Shown: positions 39,611 to 49,280 of the stretch, piece by piece
How the letters are laid out: every line of letters begins with the position of its first letter
How positions within the stretch are numbered: the stretch's first letter is position 1
Translations under genes and position numbers: made by a program
NCBI GenBank assembly: GCA_965221695.1
Contig: OZ244905.1
Location: 3,200,001 to 3,264,000 of the forward strand
DNA length: 64,000 bases
Direction: 5' to 3'
Source: Gammaproteobacteria bacterium
GTDB taxonomy: Bacteria; Pseudomonadota; Gammaproteobacteria; Eutrophobiales; Eutrophobiaceae
Notes under the pieces: generated by a model
Databases searched by the model: none
Told to the model about the DNA's origin: nothing
The model's input: only the letters and a program-made list of their open reading frames with translations

Positions 39611-39719
39611 CCGGCGGCAGCTTATCTGTGGGCGAGTGGGTTCAGGATACGACCCCGACCAGGTCCACATGATGTCCGCATGATATCCTTGGATAATCCG
39701 GTCATACAACGTTATTACA

Positions 39720-40730
39720 ATGGAAGCCTTTGATACGGAAAAACTGAATTTCTACCTTGAAGATCAGGTTGCCGGTTTCCGCGGGCTGGTCAAGGCAAAA
39801 AAGTTCCCCGGTGGCCAGTCGAACCCGACCTGGTTGCTGAGCGCGACAAGCGGCCGCTACGTGTTACGCAGCAAACCCCATGGCGACCTGCTCAAGTCAG
39901 CCCATGCCGTGGACCGCGAGTTCAGGGTGATACACGCGTTGGCCGCTACCGATGTGCCGGTTGCCCGCGCGCTGTGCCTGTGTGAGGACGAGGGAGTCAC
40001 CGGCGCTATGTTCTACGTGATGAGCTACGAGGAAGGTCGCATATTCTGGGATCCGGCGCTGCCGGAACTCAGTAAAACAGAACGGGCGGGTTATTATCGC
40101 GAGTTGATCCGTGTTCTTGCCGCGATACATAGCGTCGATATCGGCTGTGCCGGCCTGGGTGATTATGGCCGGCCAGGCAACTACTACGAGCGCCAGATCA
40201 GCCGCTGGACAAAGCAATACAAGGCTGCCGAAACTGCTGTTATCGAACCCATAAATACGTTGATGGAGTGGCTGCCGGCCAATACCCCGACAGATGACGG
40301 CCAGAGCGCGTTAATCCACGGGGACTACCGCCTGGACAACCTGATCTTCCATCCCGATAAGACGCGCATCCGAGCTGTGATAGACTGGGAACTCTCCACC
40401 CTCGGTCATCCCCTGGCGGATCTGGCTTATCTTTGCATGTGTCTGCGCCTGCCGGCCGAAGGAGACGTCAGAGGATTGGCGGATAAGGACCGCACCGCGC
40501 TGGGCGTGCCGGATGAACAGGCCGTTATCGAGCAATACTGTGAATTTCGCGACATCCCGGCAATAGAAAACTGGCATTTTTACCTGGCCTTCAGCTATTT
40601 TCGCATGGCCTCCATCTGCCAGGGCGTCTACAAGCGCGGCCTGGACGGCAACGCTTCCAGCACAAAAGCGCTGGAACTGGGCAGGCTGGTTGAACCCCTT
40701 GCCACAGCAGCGGTGGAATTGATTAACTGA
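39720..40730 (+). CDS. APH-like phosphotransferase (ACAD10/11 kinase-domain homolog)
   Basis: GGQSNPT, LLKSAHAVDREF, HGDYRLDN, IDWELSTLGHP. Confidence 0.9.
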   Translation: MEAFDTEKLNFYLEDQVAGFRGLVKAKKFPGGQSNPTWLLSATSGRYVLRSKPHGDLLKSAHAVDREFRVIHALAATDVPVARALCLCEDEGVTGAMFYVMSYEEGRIFWDPALPELSKTERAGYYRELIRVLAAIHSVDIGCAGLGDYGRPGNYYERQISRWTKQYKAAETAVIEPINTLMEWLPANTPTDDGQSALIHGDYRLDNLIFHPDKTRIRAVIDWELSTLGHPLADLAYLCMCLRLPAEGDVRGLADKDRTALGVPDEQAVIEQYCEFRDIPAIENWHFYLAFSYFRMASICQGVYKRGLDGNASSTKALELGRLVEPLATAAVELIN

Positions 40731-40770
40731 TGCGCGTTCTTTCCACAAACATAGACAGTTTTTTTTCGAG

Positions 40771-41544
40771 GTGAAAAAAATGGCAACAGATCTGTTTGAC
40801 TTGAGCGGCAAGATCGCGTTGGTAACCGGCGCCAGTCGCGGCATCGGCGCCGAGGCCGCGCGCCTGCTGGCCCGACAGGGCGCTCACGTTATTATCTCCA
40901 GCCGCAAGCAAGCAGCCTGCGAGGAAGTGGCCGGCAGTATCCGGGATGAAGGCGGGCAGGCGGCCGCGTTGGCCTGCCACATCGGCGACCTGGGGCAAAT
41001 CGATGCGATCTTTGCCCGGATTAGGCAAGAGTATGGCCGCTTGGATGTGCTGGTCAACAATGCCGTAACAAACCCTTATTACGGTCCCATCACGGAAACA
41101 GACGCCGCCGCGTTTGATAAGACCGTTGAGGTCAACTTGCGCGGGTACTTCTTCATGTCCGCCAATGCGTGCAAGCTGATGAAGGAAAACGGCGGCGGTT
41201 CCATCGTCAACGTGGCGTCCGTGGACGGGGTCAGGCCCGGCGCGATGCGGGGTATTTATTCCATCACCAAGAGCGGCATCATCCAGATGACCAAGGCGTT
41301 TGCGCAGGAGTGCGGTCCGGACAATATCCGGGTAAACGCGCTGCTACCGGGATTGACCGATACAAAATTCGCCGGCGCCCTGACCGGCAATGATGCAATT
41401 CTGAAATCCTGGTTGGATGAAATGCCGTTGCGGCGCTATGCCCAGCCGGATGAGATGGCCGGCGCTATCCTGTTCCTGGCATCCGCCGCCTCCGGCTTTG
41501 CTACCGGCAGTATCCTTCCCGTGGACGGGGGCTACCTGATTTGA
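40771..41544 (+). CDS. Short-chain dehydrogenase/reductase
   Basis: TGASRGIG, LVNNA, YSITK, RVNALLPG. Confidence 0.92.
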   Translation: MKKMATDLFDLSGKIALVTGASRGIGAEAARLLARQGAHVIISSRKQAACEEVAGSIRDEGGQAAALACHIGDLGQIDAIFARIRQEYGRLDVLVNNAVTNPYYGPITETDAAAFDKTVEVNLRGYFFMSANACKLMKENGGGSIVNVASVDGVRPGAMRGIYSITKSGIIQMTKAFAQECGPDNIRVNALLPGLTDTKFAGALTGNDAILKSWLDEMPLRRYAQPDEMAGAILFLASAASGFATGSILPVDGGYLI

Positions 41545-41550
41545 CGAGGA

Positions 41551-41784
41551 TCAGGCAATAATCTTCCACAGGACGGCCATGGTGAATGCCAGGTTGAAAC
41601 CAAGCATCCATTTCAGCAGACTCAATTGCGCTTGCACGTCATCAACCCGTTTATCGAGCAGTTGTATATCCGCCTTGGTTGCCAGGTTTTCGGAAGATAA
41701 GGCTTCCGCTGCCTGACGCGCTTGATCATGCGGCACACCCGCAGTGATAAAAGCCTGGTAAACTTCGGAAATCATAGTTGCCAT
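41551..41784 (-). CDS. Small coiled-coil protein with C-terminal TM helix (DUF1640-like)
   Basis: EVYQAFITAGVP...AR.AAEAL...LATKADI...LLKWMLG + TM. Confidence 0.7.
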   Translation of the reverse strand: MATMISEVYQAFITAGVPHDQARQAAEALSSENLATKADIQLLDKRVDDVQAQLSLLKWMLGFNLAFTMAVLWKIIA

Positions 41785-41867
41785 GGGCACATATTATAGC
41801 ATTCTTAACTTATTTAAACCTACATTCGTTTTGCCGCTATCACATACGGGTTAAGAAAGCCAGCCAA

Positions 41868-43292
41868 CTATGATATAAGACGGGGGTGTTGCCAAGGCGC
41901 CAGCAACTCAGCGATGCCTGCTTTCTCAACCACGGCGCGGGATGCCTGGTTCATGTCTGCAATCAATTCTTCCTGGTCCAGTTTTGTGGAGCGCCCGTTT
42001 TCAACGATTAGGTCGCCATCCACCATTACATACCGTACATCAGCGCCGCGCGTGAAAAATATCAGGCTCGCGACAGGCCGCAGGCAGGGTTGGTGATGTA
42101 AGGCGCGGGTATCCACGATCGTCAGGTCAGCAAGCGCGCCTTCTCGCAACATTCCCAGGTTTTTATGCAGCATTTTCCCGCCAAGCCTGGTTGCCATGGT
42201 CAGTAACATTTCAGCAGTTGTCACTTCCGGATCAAGGCGCCCGACACGTTGTAACATCAACCCGGTCTTCATCGCTTCAAACATATGCTGTCCGGCTATT
42301 GCTGTGCCATCCGTGCCGAGCGTCACATTGGCGCCGGCCTTGAGCAAGTCTTCCAGTCTCACGATGCCCGACGCCAGGTATTGGTTGCTGATCGGGTTAT
42401 GGATTACGGTTGTTGCGGACTCACCCAGCATTCGGATTTCTTCATCATCCAACCAGATGCCATGCGCAAGTGTGGTGTGATCGCCCAGAATATTCTGCTT
42501 ATATAACCAGGCTGCGGGACGCATGCCGTAAAGCGACTCAAAAATTTCAACTTCAAATTTGGATTCACTGCAATGCACTTGCCACGACAGGTCAAAATCA
42601 CGGGCGAGTTCGCTACTGCCGATCAACAAATCAGGGTCAGCGTAGACTACGTTCTTTGGTCCGGGCCAGATATCCACAAGCCTGTTGCCGGCCATCGCGT
42701 GCATGCAGGCGCGTGTTATGTCCAGTTCCTGCTGCACGGTATAGTTGAACATGCGCGGGTCGCAATTCATCCGATGACCTCCCTCGGTCATCGGGCCAAA
42801 CATCCCGCGCGCCAGCATTGCCCTGATGCCTGCTTCCTGGTAGGCATCGGCAACGGCCAGAATACTGTCTTCATCGACCGGGGCATAGTGCTGGTCGACA
42901 ACAGTCGTTGTGCCTGACAGGGCGCTTAACAGCGCCGCAAACCGCACTGCGATCACCGCCTGTTCCCGTGTTACCTGGCTGGCCAGCGGCAACATGAACC
43001 GTTCCAACCAGGGCAACAGGCTCAGTCCATCCCCCAAGGTCTTGCCCAAACTCTGGAACAGGTGCGTATGCGCATCCACCAGTCCCGGTATCATTACCTG
43101 GCCGGAAAAATCAATAGTGCGTTTTGCTCTTTTAATCCTTGCTCGGACAATTGCTTCGCTGCCAATCGCCACAATCTTATTTGCCCGGACCGCCACCGCT
43201 CCGGCCCGGATGTACGGGGCTTCGGGGTCAACAGTGATGATGTCGCCACCGGTAAACAGCGCATCAACTACATCGGGCGCTGTGCTCATCAC
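41868..43292 (-). CDS. Amidohydrolase family deaminase (MTA/SAH/guanine deaminase-like)
   Basis: PGLVDAHTH, HCSE, LAHG, HNPISN, LGTDG. Confidence 0.88.
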   Translation of the reverse strand: MMSTAPDVVDALFTGGDIITVDPEAPYIRAGAVAVRANKIVAIGSEAIVRARIKRAKRTIDFSGQVMIPGLVDAHTHLFQSLGKTLGDGLSLLPWLERFMLPLASQVTREQAVIAVRFAALLSALSGTTTVVDQHYAPVDEDSILAVADAYQEAGIRAMLARGMFGPMTEGGHRMNCDPRMFNYTVQQELDITRACMHAMAGNRLVDIWPGPKNVVYADPDLLIGSSELARDFDLSWQVHCSESKFEVEIFESLYGMRPAAWLYKQNILGDHTTLAHGIWLDDEEIRMLGESATTVIHNPISNQYLASGIVRLEDLLKAGANVTLGTDGTAIAGQHMFEAMKTGLMLQRVGRLDPEVTTAEMLLTMATRLGGKMLHKNLGMLREGALADLTIVDTRALHHQPCLRPVASLIFFTRGADVRYVMVDGDLIVENGRSTKLDQEELIADMNQASRAVVEKAGIAELLAPWQHPRLIS

Positions 43293-44497
43293 GGTTGAGC
43301 AGGCGTATGCACTGACGTCTTTCTCACGTTTTCCGTGTGTTCTTCGGGCGCCAGTTTTATCGCCAGCGCCAACAAGACCAGAACGACAAAATAGCCGGCG
43401 GATGCTACCATCAACACAACATAATTGTTGCTCGCCTCCACGATTCGGCTGCTCACCCAGGGCGCGATTGACGTGCCGGTGGTAGCGCCCAGAAGCAATG
43501 CCGACACAAGCCTCGGTGGCGGCATCCGCAGCATCTGGGTTGCGAGTGAGAGCGTGATCTTAAGCAGTCCCAGATTGACAACCCCACATACGAAAGCGAA
43601 ATAAATCAGCCCATTAATCTCGCGATAACTCCACAATGGAACGGTCGCCAGAGCGCTGGCGAATGCGCCAATTAAAAGTGTCCACCGGACGCCTATCTTA
43701 AACACCCACCAGGCGCTGAATAATTGGGCAACAAACATGCCGGTCCAGAATCGGCTGACAATCAACCCGGCTTCACCAAGCGTAGCGCCCAAGCGGGTTT
43801 CCGCGTAATTCGGAAGCCAAAGAAACAGGGAATATTGCGCGAGCGTATAGATGAAAAGCGCGAAAATGCAGACCCATGCGCCAATCGGCCAAGGCTCGCG
43901 CGTACGCGTAGTCCGGTTTTGCAATCCTGCTCTGGTCTGATGGTCGGGAAATGTTGATAGCGTTGTCAACGCGATAATGATGCAGGCGATGACGCCAACA
44001 AACAGATAGGTTCCATACCATTGAATGTCACGGACCGCCAACTGCACTGCCAACCAGGATGTAACAATGCCGGCGATGCTGAAACAGCCGTCAGTAATGA
44101 TCAACATAGAGGCGCGGCGTTCCTGTACGTATAACTTTGATATGGTTATGGCCGCGCCGGAGAGGCCCGCGCCACAACAGGCGCCGACCATTCCCAATGC
44201 CAACCAGATGCCAGGCAAATCTGACTGGAGAGGCAATGAGATGAGGCTGAGCAGAATGAGGCCGTAGATGACGAGTAGGGCATATTTCAGGCTTGCCCAT
44301 TCATAGATAAACAATGCGGCCAGCGAGCCAACAAAAATACCGCCCGTGAACCAACTGAAATTGGCGGTAATCCTGGTAATAGGCTGATTGAAATACTCCG
44401 CCATCTGCCCTGTGATAATGCCAACAGGGTTCATCATGCCGGACATGACAAAATAGGCAAGAAAACAAACCGTTGTGGTTCGTTGTATGTTATTCAA
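43289..44497 (-). CDS. tsgA: MFS transporter, TsgA-like
   Basis: About 12 TM; FLAYFVMSG..., A.ITI.KLY..ERRASML..TD..FS.AG, LFIYTLAQ, FWTGM. Confidence 0.65.
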   Translation of the reverse strand: MNNIQRTTTVCFLAYFVMSGMMNPVGIITGQMAEYFNQPITRITANFSWFTGGIFVGSLAALFIYEWASLKYALLVIYGLILLSLISLPLQSDLPGIWLALGMVGACCGAGLSGAAITISKLYVQERRASMLIITDGCFSIAGIVTSWLAVQLAVRDIQWYGTYLFVGVIACIIIALTTLSTFPDHQTRAGLQNRTTRTREPWPIGAWVCIFALFIYTLAQYSLFLWLPNYAETRLGATLGEAGLIVSRFWTGMFVAQLFSAWWVFKIGVRWTLLIGAFASALATVPLWSYREINGLIYFAFVCGVVNLGLLKITLSLATQMLRMPPPRLVSALLLGATTGTSIAPWVSSRIVEASNNYVVLMVASAGYFVVLVLLALAIKLAPEEHTENVRKTSVHTPAQP

Positions 44498-44518
44498 CGA
44501 GCAGATTCCTTGTTCCGT

Positions 44519-45322
44519 TCAGGCGCTCTTTGCCTGTTCCATTCTATAAATTGTCTCCAGCGCGATTTGGATCTCCATTTCCCAGGCGGCGGCGAGTTTC
44601 TTGTTTTCCGTTGTATAGATTACCTCACCCGTGTTCAGATTGCCTGATACACCACAAATGCAAGCGGCGCGCAGGCCACGCAGGTGGGCAACTGTAAACA
44701 TCGCCGATGCTTCCATTTCGACATTCTGCACACCCAGCTTAATAAGCTTGTTAATCCACTCTGATTCGCTGTAAAACGCATCGTCAGATGCGCTGATACC
44801 ACTATAGACCTGGTGGTCAGTGTCAGCCGTCAGCTCTTTTGCTACCTGGGTCAAGAGGTATGTCAACCCTATGTCCGGAACAGCAGGGAAACAATCCGGG
44901 ACATAAAATCCGGAAGTGCCTTCATTTTTCATGGCTCCGTTGCTGATCACGATATCGCCAATTTTAATATTCTCACGCAACGCTGCTGAGCTGCCGATAC
45001 GGATGAAGGTATTGGCCCCGATATTGGCCAGTTCTTCCACGGCAATGGCAGTGGAAGGACAACCCATGCCTGTAGAGCAAACACTCACTTTGATCCCCTT
45101 GTGCTCGCCGGTGAAGGTGCGATGTTCCCGATGGCTTGCTTTCAGTTCCGCATTGTCCAGATATTTCGCGACCCGGTCACTTCTTGCCGGGTCGCCAGGC
45201 AGCAAAACATACTCTCCGACATCGCCAGGCTCTAACGCAATATGATACTGGCGAACGCCTTTGGTGATTTCCCATTTGTTAAGCTCAGGCATAACTAACG
45301 TATTATTGTTGTCTACGGTCAA
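44519..45322 (-). CDS. Nucleoside phosphorylase (uridine phosphorylase-like)
   Basis: QYHI, LLPGDPAR, STGMGCPSTAIAVEEL, FIRIG, EGTS, NVEMEAS. Confidence 0.88.
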   Translation of the reverse strand: MTVDNNNTLVMPELNKWEITKGVRQYHIALEPGDVGEYVLLPGDPARSDRVAKYLDNAELKASHREHRTFTGEHKGIKVSVCSTGMGCPSTAIAVEELANIGANTFIRIGSSAALRENIKIGDIVISNGAMKNEGTSGFYVPDCFPAVPDIGLTYLLTQVAKELTADTDHQVYSGISASDDAFYSESEWINKLIKLGVQNVEMEASAMFTVAHLRGLRAACICGVSGNLNTGEVIYTTENKKLAAAWEMEIQIALETIYRMEQAKSA

Positions 45323-46910
45323 AATTCCAGGCTAACTTCGGTGCCGAAATAACTCGGATCGGTTACCGTCGCAGCAAGATTCAGGAACGCCAAACCATTA
45401 AAGACGGTTACCTCGTTGGTAATATTTCGGCCAACAAAAGCAATGTCAAGGCCGGTATTTGCATGACGATAGCCGGCGCGCACACCGCCAATCCAGCGGG
45501 ATTCGGAGACAAACTCGACGGATTCATACAAGAATATATTTGCCTTACTTTTATAATTCCAGTCTGTGTTGAAATATAGCTCGCCGCTTTCGAGTGGCGC
45601 GGTGTAATCCAGTATGACATTGAATATCCACTCTGGCGCGAGCGGCAAGGGGTTGCCATCAACAAACACGTTGGTCACCGGTCCAAATGGCCCCGGATCG
45701 ACCGAACGGATCGGGTCCAGCGCGGTGCATGCCGGTGTACTGCCGCACCTGGATTCAGACAGCGTCTTATCCCTGATTTCCGTATTATTGTAACTCAAGT
45801 TCGAACGCAGGTGTAGCGTGCTGGAGATGGCGAGTTCAAGATCGGTTTCAAAGCCATAGCCACGAGTATTATCAATGTTAATAAGCCGATTAGTATTATC
45901 CGTTTGGCCGACGGCTGTGATTTGCTGGTCGTTGATGTCATAAAGGTAGCCGTTGATATTCCAACGCGCCCTGCCGCATTAACACTACGCCCATTACGGG
46001 AGCCGTAGGATGCGCGCAAAAAACCCTCGCGTTCATAAGTCGGTTTAACCGTGTCAATCTTGACGATGCCGGCATTGGTGTTGCGTCCGAAAAGCGTTCC
46101 TTGCGGGCCATTTAGAATTTCGACTTGGGCGACATCAAAAACCGGGATGCTTCGTAACGTGGTGCTTTCGATAGACACATCGTCCAACACCAGTGAAACG
46201 GGCTGGCTGGCATTAATATCAAAATCAGTGTTGCCAAGACCCCGGATGTAAAACTGGGGCAGGAAACGACCTGAGTTGCCGTTGACATTCAGGCTGGGCG
46301 CTCTCGCAGCCAGCGCCTTGATGCTGACGCCGCCACTCAGAATAGCGTCAAAATCCGCAGCGGGGATGGCAGTCACGGCGGCAGGGATATCCTTCAATGT
46401 CTGCTCGCGTTTTTGCGCGGTCAATACAATTTCTTCCAGCACGAACTCGCTGGTAGCGGCTTCGTTGCCGGCATTCGAGTTGTTACTGTCTGCGGTCTGG
46501 GCAGCCACTGCGGTTACGGCTGCTGCGCCTGCAAACAGGGTCAGTACACGAGAAAACCAGGGTTTGCGTTTGTTTTTTGCCATTTGCTCTGTCCTCTTCA
46601 TGCTGTTAGCGCCTGGAGCGCCATTGGTGACAATCAATACACCTCTTTTATCCACCATACCCCGGAGGCCGGTGTCCATCAGTAGCAGTCTTAAGGCCTC
46701 ATCCAATGTGAAGTCTCCCATCACCGCGTTGGTGGCAATATGGCGTACCTCGTCGTAAGGAAATAACAACGGCGTTTTCGACTGTTGAGCCAGAAGATTT
46801 AACGTCGTTCCTGCTTCTCCGGCCGGGATATCAAATTGATATCTTATGGCTTCTGCATACAACCCTACAGATGTTGACATCAATATAAGCAACATGAAGA
46901 TGCGGGACAT
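45319..46910 (-). pseudogene. Signalling-type (STN-domain) TonB-dependent receptor with a large internal deletion and frameshift near 45975
   Basis: STN and plug (GPQGTLFGRN) in one frame end at RSVNAA; a second frame resumes GRARWNINGYLYD...GYGFETD...YFGTEVSLEF*. Most of the barrel is absent. Confidence 0.82.
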
Positions 46911-47039
46911 GAGTCCCACCTTTAATTGCCCATGACATCCGGCTGCTCTGATTGTCTCCTTCGAGTCGGTCGCCTGATGAATTAAGACAGTTGCCCGATA
47001 AAAATCCGCCATAAGCTTTCGGTCGCGAGCGCCCGCGTA

Positions 47040-47169
47040 CTGACACACAAATCCGCCTGGAGCGGATTTGGACATCCGAAGAAAGCCCGAAGGGGGCGCC
47101 CCACGGATGGGGCGCATCAAAAAATCCTCAGCAATCATCGCATCAATTGGTGAGATTTCCGGGCTAGCC
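47040..47169 (-). repeat. Multi-hairpin repeat of the second family, between fecR and the receptor
   Basis: Begins at the fecR stop (CTAG-CCCGGAAATCTCACC); hairpins GCGCCCC/GGGGCGC and CAAATCCGC/GCGGATTTG; matches 27267-27310. Confidence 0.6.
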
Positions 47170-48189
47170 ATTGTCAGGGTGAAGAAAAATCCTGTCTGCT
47201 TCAGCGTGTTCTACACGCACTCCGAAGCCTTTTTGCAACGCATTGAGCAAACTGTCTATCTCACCGATGCGAAAATATCCACCAATCCGAAGCTGTTTCA
47301 GGGACGGGTCAGAGATATGGATTTCAATCGGTGTATATCTGCTGACTTCTTTTATTACCGACTCCAGCGCGTCCCCTTCGAAAATTAACATACCATCTCG
47401 CCAGGCCAGACGTTGGATGATTGTCCGGGGTTCCAGGGTTTCTATCGAATGAAGCGCTTTGTCGAATGAGCCAGATTGGCCTGCAGTCAGCGTGGCAGGC
47501 TCCTTTTCCCGCGGTGATGCAACAGGCGAGGGATTGGTTTCGTCCTCCGTTGTGCCAGACAATCGCACTACGCCTTCACTCACAGTGATTTGTATGGCCG
47601 GCTCATCCAGGCGGACAGAAAACGCAGTGCCGATTGCTGTGATTGTTCCTTTTGGCGTTGCGACGACGAAAGGTCGTTGACTGTCCGCGTGCACGTCAAA
47701 AAATGCTTCTCCCTCGTACAAGTAAACTGTCCTTCCTGCCTCTTCATAATCCACTTTCAGCTTGCTGGCTGTATTCATTCTTATGTTGGAGCCATCAGAC
47801 AGGCGCAGCGCCTTTTGTTCTCCTATGCTGGTTTCGTGAAGCTGTGATGTCCGGATTTCCGGACGGGGATAAAAGTCTACGGCAACCAATAACAGCCCAA
47901 AAAACAAAACTGCCAGGCTCGCTGCTATCGATGCCGGCGCCCAATAGCGGGCGAATACTGATTTGCCGGGCGCGATGATGATCTCGCGATAGGCGGCGAG
48001 CACGTCCAGTTTGTCCCACAGATCAGCCATACGTTCCAGCTCCTCGGCGTGAATCGGGCTCTGTTCAATCCATGCCTTAAGCGCTTTCAAATCCTGGGTG
48101 GTCATCTTCCCCGAATCAAGCTTGGCTACCCATGTACTTGCCTGTTCTCGAATCTTTGAACGAATCGGCATATCAATTACCTGTGTCAT
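47164..48189 (-). CDS. FecR-family anti-sigma/transmembrane sensor
   Basis: EQAS.WVAKL, central TM, T.IGEQ..L.LSDGS...NT.S, GEAFFDV, AIGTAFSV, AWRDG.L.F. Confidence 0.9.
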   Translation of the reverse strand: MTQVIDMPIRSKIREQASTWVAKLDSGKMTTQDLKALKAWIEQSPIHAEELERMADLWDKLDVLAAYREIIIAPGKSVFARYWAPASIAASLAVLFFGLLLVAVDFYPRPEIRTSQLHETSIGEQKALRLSDGSNIRMNTASKLKVDYEEAGRTVYLYEGEAFFDVHADSQRPFVVATPKGTITAIGTAFSVRLDEPAIQITVSEGVVRLSGTTEDETNPSPVASPREKEPATLTAGQSGSFDKALHSIETLEPRTIIQRLAWRDGMLIFEGDALESVIKEVSRYTPIEIHISDPSLKQLRIGGYFRIGEIDSLLNALQKGFGVRVEHAEADRIFLHPDNG

Positions 48190-48194
48190 GACTT

Positions 48195-48749
48195 TTATTC
48201 ATTACCTGTTTCTTGTTGAGATAGATGATCGTTTTCATCCACATAAAACTCCTTGCTTATCAGCAGTAAACCTTTGGCGATATGTTTTTCCACAGTGCTT
48301 TCGGCAATACCGAGCTGTGCGGCTATCTCCTTCTGCTTCAACCCATGGACTTTCTTCAAGATATACACTTCTCTGACACGAGGAGGCAAATTGGCAATGG
48401 CCAGTAACGCCAATTCCAGTTGCTGCTCGATGATTGCGCTGTGCTCAATGCCTTTTTCATTACCATCCGGAACCGGTAATTCTGTAATGTTCGCCAGATT
48501 GCCGGTACGCCGGTTACGCTTGCTTTCTAGCTGATTCAACGCCAGATTTTTCGCAGTCCGATACAGAAATGCCCGGGGCGACTTTATTGAGACAGAACGT
48601 TCAGCCTGGTAAGCCTTTAGAAAAGCCTCATGCAGCGTATCCTCTATATCTTCCGCAGAATCGAGGAAACGGCGCAGAAAACGGCCCAACGAAGACTTAT
48701 TCTTCAAGAAAGCGCTTGCAATGTCGTCGCGATTTTTTTCGTAATCCAT
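48195..48749 (-). CDS. ECF sigma factor (FecI-like)
   Basis: EDTLHEAFLKA, PRAFLYR.AKNLALN, LPPRVREV..L...GL...EIA..LGI..STVEKH. Confidence 0.9.
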   Translation of the reverse strand: MDYEKNRDDIASAFLKNKSSLGRFLRRFLDSAEDIEDTLHEAFLKAYQAERSVSIKSPRAFLYRTAKNLALNQLESKRNRRTGNLANITELPVPDGNEKGIEHSAIIEQQLELALLAIANLPPRVREVYILKKVHGLKQKEIAAQLGIAESTVEKHIAKGLLLISKEFYVDENDHLSQQETGNE

Positions 48750-48903
48750 TTATTTCGGATTGATAATACTGCCGGTTGTAATCAAGACAGTTGAGTTGGA
48801 TATTTCCGCTATAGGATAGTAAACCGATACTTGATTCGTAGTGTCTCTCCTATCTTCAATCTATAATCTGTATATACAGTATTAACGGAAAAGAGGCGCT
48901 TCT

Positions 48904-49158
48904 GTGGAAACGCAAGTTATTGTCCGGGTTGATTCCCAGCTTAAGAAGAAGGTTGACACTTCTGCCAGGGCAGAAGGTAAAACCGTGAGTTTTGTCGTCA
49001 GGGAACTGCTTGAGGGATATGTCAAAAGTCGGGATATGTCGTTGTATATTGGTGAACTCTGGGATCTTATCGGCAGTCGCATGAAAATGGCAGGGAGCAC
49101 ACAAAATGATGTTGAAAATGTTATCAGGGAAGCGAGGGAAAAAGCCTATCGAGGTTAG
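48904..49158 (+). CDS. Ribbon-helix-helix (CopG-like) DNA-binding protein, putative antitoxin
   Basis: QVIVRVDSQLKKKV...A..EGKTVS.VVRELL..Y; palindrome TGTATATACA upstream. Confidence 0.75.
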   Translation: METQVIVRVDSQLKKKVDTSARAEGKTVSFVVRELLEGYVKSRDMSLYIGELWDLIGSRMKMAGSTQNDVENVIREAREKAYRG

Positions 49159-49280
49159 ACAGAACGGCATTTAACGCAGGAAGAGTCCGCGCAGTTCAGT
49201 ATGCTGTCGGTGATAATTACGACTTCATTCAATCGATATAAATCAGCGCGGGCCTTATCACTGAGTCGGTAACATGCCAT
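49155..49280 (-). pseudogene. Truncated ParE-type toxin
   Basis: Overlaps the parD 3' end; MACYRLSDKARADLYRL is a ParE/RelE N-terminus, followed by unrelated sequence and a stop after 41 aa. Confidence 0.65.

Noticed and set aside
46911-47171. N-terminal extension of the 458-aa ORF (MASPEISP...)
   Set aside because: It runs through a hairpin repeat; the signal peptide and STN domain start at MSRIF (46910).
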